DNA of 60,600 bases, counting the filler, from Sphacelaria rigidula (Eukaryota): the NCBI GenBank assembly GCA_964200075.2. It is 8 parts of 8 records of this genome, joined end to end, with 100 filler letters (N's around TTAATTAATTAA, not from the genome) between each part and the next. Parts side by side here need not be neighbours in the genome. Positions count along the whole stretch, not along the records: positions 7,589 to 15,076 come from CAXNAA020014696.1; positions 15,177 to 22,664 come from CAXNAA020014697.1; 6 more parts are not named here. One strand, given 5' to 3'. Below the pieces are notes generated by a model. It ran no database searches. It saw only the letters and a list, made by a program, of their open reading frames with translations, and was not told the DNA's origin. Positions 11,160-22,664 of this stretch are shown here, piece after piece. A program made the translations under genes and the position numbers. Every line of letters starts with the position of its first letter. The stretch's first letter is position 1.

Positions 11160-14100
11160 AGGTGTGGTGGAATTCCCCAGGATCCCCCGCAGGTCAGACG
11201 CCACCTTTATTTTCCTTCAGTTTTCATTATCCCACATATATATACCTTCCTTTCTCCCCGACCACAACCCCTCTGGGGTTGGTTGTGTCGGGGTAGGCTA
11301 AACCCCGTCGACAACACAACCAGTACGTAAGAGAGGGTAGGTTGACCTACTGGCTTGTCTGCGTTTCGAACCAGTGGTGATGCAACATACAGTCCATTCA
11401 GTGGGTCCTGTCGACGGTGCTAACGTCCAGGCTCAATCCTGCAGCTTCGGAGTTCTACCCTAGAATGGGAACCAAATTGAACCCCGCAGCTGCAGCGTTT
11501 TACCCGGCATCAAGACACTGCCACGGAGAGCACCTTGATGGAGATGAGGCACGCGTGAGTAAGTATCAAATTCGGCGGACTGGAGATAGCGGCCGACGCA
11601 GGATGGGAAGGCTGCACCCTCCCCGCGAGATAACAAGCGAGGCAAGTACAGTACCGTGATAGACGTGCCGAAGAAAAAATCGAAGCAGAAAAAAGCTCGC
11701 CCGTAAAATTAGGAGGCGGAACAGACCTACAAGGAGAGCAGAGCAAAGAGAAAGACGCGTGAATGTAGAGAAGGCTGAAGCCAGGTCGCGTAGTGGGGAG
11801 TTCAAAGTGGCTACCTATAACGTCCGTACACTGTCCCTCACGGGAAACGGGAAAGAGCGGAGCTGGCCATGCTGAGGTGGTCCTGACAAAATGTCAGGCA
11901 GTCGAATGTGACAACATCGGGCTACGGGAAACGAGTAGACGAGGTCGATCCGAATTTTGTGCATTCGGATATCGTGTCTCTTGCTGCGGGGCAGAGGGGG
12001 GTAAGGGAAGGGCTGGTCAACATGGGGTTGGGTTGGCGGTCACGAAGTCGATCATCAGCAAGGCGACGTGGACTCAGGCACTCATCGGCGAGCGCCTCAT
12101 GACGACGACTTTCAACCTAGCGGGTAAATCAAATGCTGCTACGTTTGTAGCTGCACACGCCCCGACAGACACTCCACAGCCAAAAGAAGAGAGAGCTGTG
12201 TTCTGGACTGAGTTAGACGGCATTGTGAACCGTATCCCCCACAAACATTACCTGTTTATTTTAATGGACGCTAACGCGAGGACTGGAGTACGAGCAGGCG
12301 AGGAGGAGCGTAAAATTGTAGGAGCATGCGGCCGAGACTCCCGATCCAACGACGGTAACGGCACATCTCAAATGCAATTTGCAGGCGACAACAGGCTTTC
12401 CCCTGGTCAACAAGTTATTTTCCACCCCCGAGGGAAACACCTGGCGTACGTTCAACGGTGTTGCGAATCGCCCCGCGGGCAAAAAAACGCATTGACTACA
12501 TCATCACACGGCAAGATCACCGCAGGCCTGTTCGTAATGTTGCCATCCACCTTAAACCCCCCAACTCGCCGGATTCTTACCACAACATCGTGTGCGCCTC
12601 AGTGCGGCTGCTTGGTCGCTTCGCACACAACAGACCTAGACGAACTCCAATTGGGCGTACACCGATCGACAGACGGGCAATAGTATCTGACCCTGACAGA
12701 CGTGAGCAGCTCAGCCAGCTCATCATCAGCGAGCTCAAACAGAGTATACCTGATGATAAGGTCAGTTCACTGGCTACGAACTTTGCCGACTTACTCTTGG
12801 GTGCCGCTGAAAAGGTGATACCCCGTCTGACCCGAAAGCCACGTATACCGGGGTGGTTCGAGGGTGCTGAAATCAGAACGAAATTCGAACAGGCCTGGAT
12901 GGAGAGGGAAAGGGCGAGATCGAAGGTGAGACTGGGATCATTTCGAGATAAAGTCGCATGGCGCACATTGCGAATAGCTTGCAAAAAAATCGAAGGGGTG
13001 ATCCAAGTTGGGGTGGACAGCTATATGGATGTGTATTCTAGAGAAGTAGAGTAATATACTCGAGCGAGGGACATGGGAGGATGGCGCAGATATCTCAACG
13101 GGGGGTGGACACTGTCTGGACGACCAATCGAGAGTGAACAGTACATTCGAGATGAGGACGGCAACTTACTGCGGGACAAAGGCTGGAATCAGTGGGAGAT
13201 AGGAACGGTACTTCTCTACATTGCTGAACGCCATATCGGCAACTATCGACCGCACCGTCATCGATAAGATTGCTCAACGATCGATAGCGCTGTCACTTGG
13301 AGACCCACCGAGCCCAGGTGAAACTTGGGATACTCTGAGAGCTATGTTGAACGGCAAAGCAACCGGTCCGGATGGTATATCTGCTGAAACCCTGAAGCTT
13401 GGACTTAACGGGGAGGCGTCGGACATTCTGTGCCACTTCCAAAGCATCTTCTGCGGTTTGGACATCTGGCGAGGTGCCGCAAGAATGGAAAGATGTCACC
13501 ATCAAAGTGCTACACAAAAAACAAGATAGGACCCAGTGTAGTAGCTACAGAGACATTTCACTTGTGGCACATACCGCCAAAGTTCTCCTCAAAATCGTAT
13601 CCAACAGGCTCGGTAATTTTTGTGAGGAAACAGATGTCTTCCCAGAAGAGCAGTGTGGATTTAGGCGCCAAAGATCGACGTCAGACATGATGTTCGTACT
13701 ACGCCGACGCCGGGAGGTGGGACGGGCGAGCAACGTCCCCATAAACCTATGCTTTATCGATCTGCAGAAAGCCTACGATTCTGTAGACCGCACGCTCCTG
13801 TGGGAAGTGCTTGCTCGATTCGGAGTCCCGTCGCGAATGATCACGATCATCCGTATGTTTCAAGATGGCATGCGAGCTCGGGTACAGCTAGGTAGTGGCG
13901 AACTATCAGCGTGGTTCCACGTCTGCCGGGCAGTTAGACAAGGTTGCGTTTCGTCTCCGCTGTTGTTCAGTATCTTCGAAGCAGGATTTGTGGAAGTAAT
14001 CGCTCAGCGGTTTGCGGCAGACCCAGTCATCGTCTCAGACTTGGTCTTTCTAGATGGCGTGCCAAAAGGTGACGGTGGTGAACCTGTGGAAGAGACATCG

Positions 14101-14965
14101 CTGGAAAAGGTACGATGCGCGGTGTGGGCAATGCTTTATGAGGAAGATGCTGGCATGGCCTCGAAGACCGCAGAAGGCCTTGCTCGAATGATGGCCGTGA
14201 TAGTGATGACCTGCCAGGAATTCCGTCTGATGGTCTCCGAGAGCAAGACAGAGTCTTTGCGCCTTTGGTCAGTACCCAGTCCCACGGAGGCCGCCCTGGG
14301 TATCAAGGCTGCCGATCAACGATATGAGCAGACGGGGAACTTACCTTGGTGAAGCTATCAGCGCGGATGCGAAAATGTCCGTTGAAATCAACCGCCGTAT
14401 CCGCGCGGCGTGGGCGCATATCCGAAAATCTAGTTCCCAACTCTACGACTGACCCAACGCCAAGCTATCCTTGGAAGTTCGACTGCTTAAAGCGGAGGTG
14501 GTAAAAGCTCTGTTGTAGGGATGTGCCACATGAACGCCAGGTTCTGAGGACTTCGACAGTGTGCGGACTGCCCATCACAAGCTCTTGCTGCGAGTGGTTG
14601 GATTCCACAGGAAAGATCGAATTGGCTACAAGACTCTTTCGTACAGAGCGGTGCTCGAGATGACCAACTGCAAACGTATCGAGATGATTATCCGCAAACG
14701 TCAACTCTGGTTCGCGGGAGCCCTTGTCCGGCAGAAGAACTCATGCCTACCTAAACGCGTCATGAACGGTCGGCTTTCCGCACGAGGACCCAAGGAGACC
14801 GGCCGCCGCCCCGAGCAATGGGAGGATACTCTGAAGGAGAACCTACGTGCGCTAGGGACTGCCCCGCACAAAAGAGTCCGACGGAAGTGGTTCGTCTACG
14901 GTGTAGAAGTTAACGATGCATAAGATTAGGTCACTGCGGCGAAGAACATGGGCAAATGGCATACT
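11160..14965 (+). mobile_element. Decayed non-LTR retrotransposon, RTE-like single ORF (APE endonuclease + RT)
   Basis: Endonuclease motifs: FKVATYNVRTL, NIGLRET, LMDANARTG, RIDYII, SYHNIV. RT motifs: KATGPDGI, PQEWK, EEQCGFR, FIDLQKAYDSVDR, VRQGCVSSPLLF and a degenerate YEED in place of YADD. RTE-type C-terminus RKRQLWFAGALVR...LPKRVM. Multiple frameshifts and stops. The 5' boundary is approximate. Confidence 0.93.
11426..11506 (+). other. Two tandem PAM2-like motifs at the LINE ORF N-terminus
   Basis: SRLNPAASEFYP (11426-11461) and TKLNPAAAAFYP (11471-11506) match the PAM2 consensus xxLNxxAxEFxP. Same frame as the endonuclease motif at 11801. Confidence 0.75.
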
Positions 14966-15231
14966 TCCTCTGTCCCATAAGTAAAGTCCGTTATGGGCTT
15001 TTAATCGTCTGTGCATTCAAACTCTTCCTATCATCCCATAGTTGGGTTCGGAGGAAAGATGAAGCGCCAACGAAGCNNNNNNNNNNNNNNNNNNNNNNNN
15101 NNNNNNNNNNNNNNNNNNNNTTAATTAATTAANNNNNNNNNNNNNNNNNNNNNNNNNNNNNNNNNNNNNNNNNNNNACTTGCTTGGGCTGTCTGTGTGGT
15201 AGCGGGTATTGGGGGGGGGGGGGGGGGGGGT

Positions 15232-15277
<46 letters not shown>

Positions 15278-17370
15278 GAGATGATGGCGTGTCCCTACTC
15301 GTGCGAAAGTAGAAAAGCACGGTCATGAGCAGATGAAAGAAAACTTCAACGGAGATCCCTGATGCTCACGGGCGTGCAGGAGGGGCATGTTCGGGCCTCC
15401 ACCGATTCACTGTAGCGAAACGTTGCAAGACCCGAGAAAGTGGACCGATGACCACGGAGGCGAGTCCAATAGCATCTTGCGCGAAGATACTCACAGTTCT
15501 TGCACAGTTTCAAGAAGACGCCCCTTGCTAATTGTGTTGGTTGCGCGTGTGCGTGTTGCGACGGGGGCGGGCAGGGTGCAAAATCTGCCAGTAGCTTTCT
15601 CTCTCACGCACCCGAACAAATACGAACACACAATATCAGCGGGCATACAAAATGAATTGACATCACGTGAACGGCATCAAAACTAGTCGATCTTTGCACG
15701 CTCACTGAGCTTGTCCATCTTCCCCAAGCCTGCGACCGTATGATAAAGTTAAACTGGGACCAGGCCGTGACCCAGCGTGATGGACACACTCCCCAGCCCT
15801 CGGCGTTTTCAAATACACATAGCTGTTGGTATCAAAATGTACAGGTTGGTTGAGACAGGGTTGTACGGGCGGATTAAACTTGGTTTTCACAGCGTCGACG
15901 AAGGGATGGGTGCTGAAAGCCCGACCCCTAGAAAACGTCAGCAGCTGTACTTCGGACACCCGGTATTCGTGAGTGATGTGTGAGTGGTCTTGTGCTAGGA
16001 CCATCATGCATAGGTATCGCAGAAGCTGTTGGCCGGCTGTATCGGCCCGCAGGTTCGCGAAGGAGTGCGCAATCCGCGGTGTTTACGGGGCGAAAAAGGA
16101 ACACCCATATACATAATACAAAACGACTACAAAATACATGTTGCCTGTAGAGTTGTACGAGTATTTAGCTGTGACGAAATACGCGATCTGCTGCATTACT
16201 GGCATGAGAGAACTCCGCCGACAGAGCAGACACAGTGCTCCAGCTCTTCGCCGAAAGACTTTTGCATTTCGAATCTAGTCAGGGCTGACTGGCTGGCTGA
16301 TTGGCTGCTGGAGTTGGTGGTGATATGTTTCCAAACACCTAGCCAACCTGTCTGTGAGGGATCTCTCAACCAATACGAGCGAAAAGCACCAACACACAAA
16401 CCTATACACACCTCTCTGCACGAGCGCGCGGATCTCCCTCCTTTGAATTCTTCCCCGACTTTTTTGCGTCCCTAGCCTGCGCCTTCAGCCTGTCACGGTC
16501 CCTCTGGTTCCCTCGAGCCATTGTGTTGAACTAAAAGGGACTCTTGGGACTATGTGAGCTACAGCTCTTGTTGTTGTGAGAAGATATGTGTGCGCTGAGG
16601 CTTGATGTATTGTCACTCAAAATGTTTTACATTTTTTTCCTTGATAAATTTGCTCTTTCCGTTGGCCAGACTCGCGTTCTAGGCCGTGTCTTTCAGCAAA
16701 TTATATTACCATCGAAAACGTGTGGCGGAAAAGAAAAAAATGATCTGAAAGGTCATCTCTGATGTCCACGCCATTTCTGTTACAACGACTAACTATCAGA
16801 TGGGAATTTTCCTCAAACTTTTTCGATCGAAGACTGATGTGCTATTTATTCCCTAATGGGGTGGCGGTGATTCTTGACATCAACTAATACGATTCCACTC
16901 CGCTCGATCTTTATTTTTCTGCTCTTCATTTCTTCTCCATTGGATGCTCATCAAAGTCACTGTTATACGAGTCCTGCAACACCACCACTATTATTATTAT
17001 CAATCGGAGGTGTGTAGATAAGGTTAATCAGTGTTTAATAACGCTATTAACTCTAACCCCAAACTCAACCCAAGATATACCAAGAACTCTCGGGCGAGGG
17101 GTGTGCGAAGCGATCCCAAGGCAAAGTGTGGTTTTGGCAGACCTCGAAACTGCGCCACAGGCGCCGATTGTGACGAAAGCGCGTTCTGCGCACGCGAGAG
17201 GCAGTTGGGGCTGTCAGCCCAGCTAAGAGATCCGAATATCGGTGTTCACATTCAAATCAACTAATTAAGGACCGGGGGAAGGTTCTAATCGACCAAGTGG
17301 TGAACACTACGCTGTACTGTATTATTATCGCACCACCACTACTATACTACTCCCGATGCCGCTGCTATAG

Positions 17371-17373
<3 letters not shown>

Positions 17374-17418
<45 letters not shown>

Positions 17419-17422
17419 ACTG
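17374..17422. repeat. (CTG)n microsatellite
   Basis: Directly visible. Confidence 0.95.
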
Positions 17423-18615
17423 AATCATCCTACGATAGGGGGGAGATATTTTGGGCCATTTATTGCACGAAATTCCAAGTCAAATCGTCGTTAAAAGCAG
17501 CAACGGTTGCTCGGGGACAAGCTTGTTATAGATACGTGACGCTGATTCATGCCGATTGACATCGTTTGGAACCAAATACAAGCGCACCACGAATGTGGCA
17601 GGTCGTCTGACACACTTATAAGCCTCTTGCTACTGTTACACTACTACTGCTACTACCACACTACCAGGGGGCTGCGCGGAGAAGATTTTCGGGCACGGAG
17701 CCCCCTCCCTCCTCCTCCCCCCTCTCCTCCCTCCCGGAGGGCATTTTTTCGAAATTGTCATGATCGGGGGGATTTTCTTGTTAAATCATATTGCAAGAAA
17801 TATATTAATAAAACACTGACAAAAACCGAAAAGTCTGGTAGGCTTGGGATAAATTTGCTTCTGCTCCTTGCCCGCTCCGTCCCGATGACCTCGGATGCCA
17901 GCCACGCTCATACACATGTATGTACACGAGCGCACAGTAGCGACAGCCTATAGCCCAAGTAGCAACACCATCTCACGCCTCGCCGAACTTGCCCGGAATA
18001 CTTGATGATTGTGATGATAACAACAACAATAACAACAACAACAACAACAACTGTGCAAATTATGCATTGGGCATACGTATCACACGCAGATTCCTGGGCG
18101 TGCAATCAACCAGCCTGGTAGAAGCTTGTCAGTACGGTTCAGAACAAAGCATCATCAAGAGCGGCCCAGGAACCGGGACCAGTACGGTCAAGTACGAGGT
18201 AGGAACGGTTCGGGAACCAGTATTATTGTAGTTCGTCAGTGTGATTCAGTCGAGCCAGAACGGCTCCGTGACCTTATACTGAAGCTCGATAGTTGGGGTT
18301 CAGGACTGTACACCAAGCTAGCGGGTGACCTCGGAAGAAATATTTAAAGCACGGCGATGCAGGGCCCCATTCGGGTCAGTCGCCTGCTGAACCCTTCAAG
18401 ATCTCTCGTCGCGATTTCTTGCGCTATACACGGTGCGCTGCGAGGAAGCGCGCCACGGCCAAGTCAACATCTCACAAGTGCACAGGTTATGAGCCTCGAG
18501 GAGTATGGAGGCAGACCCATGCAAGCTTCCAATCTGGACGCGCACTACTCATACACTTTCGAGAAACGTGGGACAAACAGAGGCTACGTCCCAGGATACG
18601 AAGGGGATAAGAGCC

Positions 18616-20340
18616 GGGTACGAAGCCCCGCCCGCAGAACCAAATAGCAGCGGTACTCCGGCCGACGCAGCAGCGGATCCAAATTTCAGCTGAAATCCAG
18701 CAGGCTCAGCAGCAGGCGTCTCGCCTTGCTCTGCTGCCGGCGGCGCCGGCACCGAGCCCGACACTTGAGTGGTCGGTCCCACCTGCACCGCCCGTTGCGG
18801 AGCAGCAGCCCCCGCGGCTGAGCCGGACCTAGAACCGGACCCCTACTGACGCCGTTGCCCCTGCTGCTGCTGCTACTGCTGCTGCTGGGAACTCGAGTGC
18901 ACACCTCCATCGCTGGAGGATCCGCCTCCGCCACCACCCCGATCACCTTTTCCTCCTTTTTGATTGCGAGGGCGCGCGGCACTCGTATGCCCGATTCCCC
19001 TCGGAAGGCGTTGGGCACTTCCGTGCGTAGTGGCCTACCTGGCCACACTGAAAGCAAGTGATGTTGGCGGCGGCACGCCTGCGGGTTTTGATCCGCGGTT
19101 ACGCGAGCTCGAAGACTGCGGCGACGAAGTGGATGATTCCCCGAATACTTCAAGTTTCCGCCGTGCCTGAGCCTCAGCCACCACGGTATCCGTAACTAAG
19201 TACGGGTCTGACTTCCAATTGGTTTCATGCTGTAATTGCACAGGCACGGCCTGTTTGAATTCCGCCGGTGCCAGACCCTCCACCATCGCTTTCGTGATCA
19301 CCGCAGGGGGCCCTTGACGGAATTTCCCATCGGAGGAACGAAAAACCATCTCGACATCGAGATCTCCCGAAAAATATGTCTCCAACTAGCCCATGATTGG
19401 CTCCACCCTCTCACGCATGGTCATCCCCTTGTGGTTCATGGCGACAGCCTTCGCCACGGCCGCGGACGCCTAGGTTAGCTCTACCTCAGCGCCCGCCGCA
19501 TGCCCTGTATGCTTCTTGATCGCTGCAGCCAATAGCAGCGGCGTTTTTGTGTTCTTCTCATGAATCTTCTTGCAAAAACGCGTTTGAGGGGGGTAGGCAC
19601 GAGTAGCACCGTGGATACTAGCTGATGCCTTACCGCACCCCCCCGCATTCGCATGCTCCACCCGCTTCTTGTGCTCCACATATTTCGTATAAAACGAACG
19701 AGGAGCACACGAAGGATACAAATTCCCGTAACTGGGAGGCCGCAACTCTTCTCTCAGAAGAACTGGGATTACGGTCGTCTCCGCTGGCTCTTCGGTCGGT
19801 ACCTCTGTAGTCGACATTTCCGAGCGGACCTAATCGAAGGCTTCTGAACGTTCTCGAACTCCACAGTCCACACCTGCCTTCGTCGCCGCACCACACAGCC
19901 GTGGGGTCCTATAAACTCCCGCTGCACGCAGCTCCAGCAAGTCTCCAGTAAGGATCAATCACGGGCCAGCCGCCTTTGCAGCTACCTCAGCTTGAACCCT
20001 CCTCACGCGTCCGTGAAGCAATATGTCCGAAGTTGTCCAGACTCCTCTCTACTGAAAAATTTCCAGCAGTCACTACCGATAGCACTACTGGCATGACTAG
20101 CACTAATATCGATATTGTGACGCCCGCAGGTTGCTAGTACTGTAGCGTCTAATGCTGTTGAGGGACTCCCTAGTTCCACTGGCCTCAGGTTTCAGTTGTT
20201 AGCCTTCACAACAGCTTTTACTATCCTGGAGTGCCATCCAGGCACACGCTCTATAAACCACATCAGGGTATCACCCCTGTGTCCATGTCATCATCCATAT
20301 TATCACTATGTTCTCAACGTGACGGCGTGATTTCGTCACA
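18616..20340 (-). mobile_element. Nested, oppositely oriented retrotransposon gag fragment (probably Gypsy-type)
   Basis: CCHC zinc knuckle CFQCGQVGHYARKC at 19056-19015, preceded by frameshifted gag-like ORF pieces (19470-19817, 19035-19385). Possible degenerate PBS tggtttatagagc near 20250. Confidence 0.75.
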
Positions 20341-20756
20341 ACGCGCACTCATAAGCACTTTCGAGAAGCGTGGGACGAATGGCGGCTCCGTCCAAGTATA
20401 CGAAGGGGAGAAGAGGCTATACCCTCTGCTGTGACCGGATTAAGCTATACCGCGCGACAGCGACGGCAACACTAGATCAGTATAGGGCGCACGAAACGCA
20501 CCAACGCAACACGCCCTTGTCATTCCTCCTGACAAAGGCTACGAAACGGTCAATCGTAGCCATTGTCGCGCAATTTGAGGACGGTGGCAACCCCGACGGC
20601 ACGGAAGCCTAGCTGAAGCTCGAACGGATCTACGGAGGACGTGCACAGGACGAGCGGCCTGTGCAACGACTTTCATTGGAGCGAAGATTGTGGGATCTCC
20701 AACCCAGTTATGTAGAAGAACCACCAGCTTGTATGATGAAGCTAGACACCATCTGG

Positions 20757-20947
20757 GACACTTTCTACGATAGCCCCCCCAAAAAACTAGCCCAAAAGTC
20801 TGACAAAAAAATGAACGTACAGCGCCTGATGTTTGGGTTCAGACTGCACGAAGCGTCTCATATGGGCTCTTTCCATTTCGATTAACGAAACGATTTTGCC
20901 TCCCCAAATCAGGCACTTTTTGGGGAGGGGCTATCGTAGAAAGTGCC
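20757..20947. mobile_element. 191-bp MITE with 4-bp TSD (CTGG) inserted in Copia gag; second copy starts ~52904
   Basis: TIRs GACACTTTCTACGATAGCCCC / GGGGCTATCGTAGAAAGTGCC, with CTGG on both sides. Removal restores ...DTIWREFEALG. Confidence 0.9.
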
Positions 20948-22588
20948 CTGGAGGGAATTCGAGGCGCTTGGGAACGCCAAAGCCGGCGGAGGAGACCAAG
21001 AGGGCACCCCTTTTACTCGCGATCAAGGACGCGCTTCCACAAGTTTTCTAACAGCTGACAACCTGGCCAGGTATGATGTACGATGAGCTGAAACGGGCAC
21101 CCATACCATCATCATCACACCTAGCGATTCGGCGTGACGGAGGAGACTTTGAGGACCCCGGCAAGAAGAAAATATACTTTTAGTTCGGAAGGAATGGATC
21201 GACGGTTCCCGTGGCCGAGAATAAAGGGTTCCTGATCATGTCGGCATCCGTACAAGGGAATGACAAACATGCGGTGTTGGTGCACGCTCCATTGGCAAAT
21301 ATGAAGCAGCGCCTCACATTAAAGCAGTGACGCGACACCTTTGGACACATCGATCTGGCTCCCGAAAGGCACGTTGAGAAGCGTGGGCTAATCGATGTGA
21401 CTGATACCACGGTGGCATGTGACATGTGCTGCAGCGTCTGCAAGGAGTTCAAGTCCGAAAGGCTCAGCTACGGCCGCGGTGGCAGGAGTTCCAAAGCACC
21501 AGGGGCAGTCGCGTAAACTGGCCTTAAGGGTTTTTTCCACGCCGATGTCACGGACATGAAACACTCACAGGTTTTCGTGGACGAGGCCAATCGAGACAGG
21601 CACGTTGTTGGACTCAAGACATGAGATACTGCTACTGACGCCATGGCAGCCTACATCTGCGAAATGACCCGTGAGGGAATGACCATTGCATGCATCAGCG
21701 GAGACGGCGCTGGGGAACTCGGGCGGTCAGACACACGTCAATGCATGCCAGCGGAGAGGACTACCGATTCTTCGCCGTGGCGGACGCGGCGTCCAAGACC
21801 GCAGGGATGCCCGACGAGTACCTCAGGGGCGAGACCTAATGTGAGAGGCAGACAGGCAAGCCTTTTAACCACGACCGGCTTCTAACTTGGGGACCGGTGT
21901 GTTTCGTGCACCAGCACATGCAGCAGAGCGGCGCCGCTGCGAAGTTCCACCGATGTGCGTAGCGGGGTATCTTGGGGCACGATCGGTACTCGCTCCGCTG
22001 GTATGTATGGCTATTGCAGGAATCCAAGCTCGTGAAGTCTTGACATATCGCATTCAAATCAGAGGCCAAGCTCCTAGACATTGTGGGGGAGCTGAAAGCT
22101 GTCGAACTGAGTGACGATGAGGACGAATCGTCGAAAGAAGTGAAAGCAGAAAAAATCGGCGGCGATAATGGCCAAGATGGACAGCCACCACGAGACACGA
22201 CCTCGTCGAAGCGCTCTTCTCCGGACAGTGGACTGCGCCGGTCAACTCGACTGATACAACAGCGTCTGGCCGAAAACACGCAACAATGCTTGAGGATTTT
22301 TGACGACAGCAGCTACGATGACGAACATTTCCTCGTAGCCTTTCTACAAAATCAGGACGAAGGCGCATTCTGCATGTTCGGGAGCGGAAAAGATTCAGAC
22401 AGGACTGTACACCAAACTGGTGGGTGACCTCTGTAGAAATGATCAAAGCACGGCGATGCAGCGCCCCATGCAGGTCAGTCGTCTGCTCAACCCATTAAGA
22501 ACGCTCGCGACTGTTGTCTTGCTCCGCTATCAATGGTGCGCTGCGAGGAAGCTTACCACGGCCAAGTACAGCACCTCACATGTGCACA

Positions 22589-22638
<50 letters not shown>

Positions 22639-22664
22639 AACAACAACAACAACAACAACAACAA
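22589..22664. repeat. Compound (GAC)n(AAC)n microsatellite
   Basis: Directly visible; continues the AAC run at 18019-18051 on the other side of the Copia element. Confidence 0.95.

Larger units (their letters stand above)
18052..22588 (+). mobile_element. Decayed Ty1/Copia LTR retrotransposon (5' LTR 18052-18484, partial 3' LTR ~22398-22588, RT/RNaseH deleted)
   Basis: The LTR runs TGTGCA...TGCACA and is followed by the copia-type PBS GGTTATGAGCC (18485-18495). Gag: DGTEA*LKLERIYG. Pre-integrase: DTFGHIDL...CSVC. Integrase: IACISGDGAGELG. Linker: LRRSTR. Flanks ACAAC/ACGAC form a near-perfect 5-bp TSD. Confidence 0.85.

Noticed and set aside
11160-11310. Canonical HDV-like or hammerhead ribozyme
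   Set aside because: Could not assemble the P1/P2/P3 nested pseudoknot or a CUGANGA/GAAA core. Kept only as a generic structured leader.
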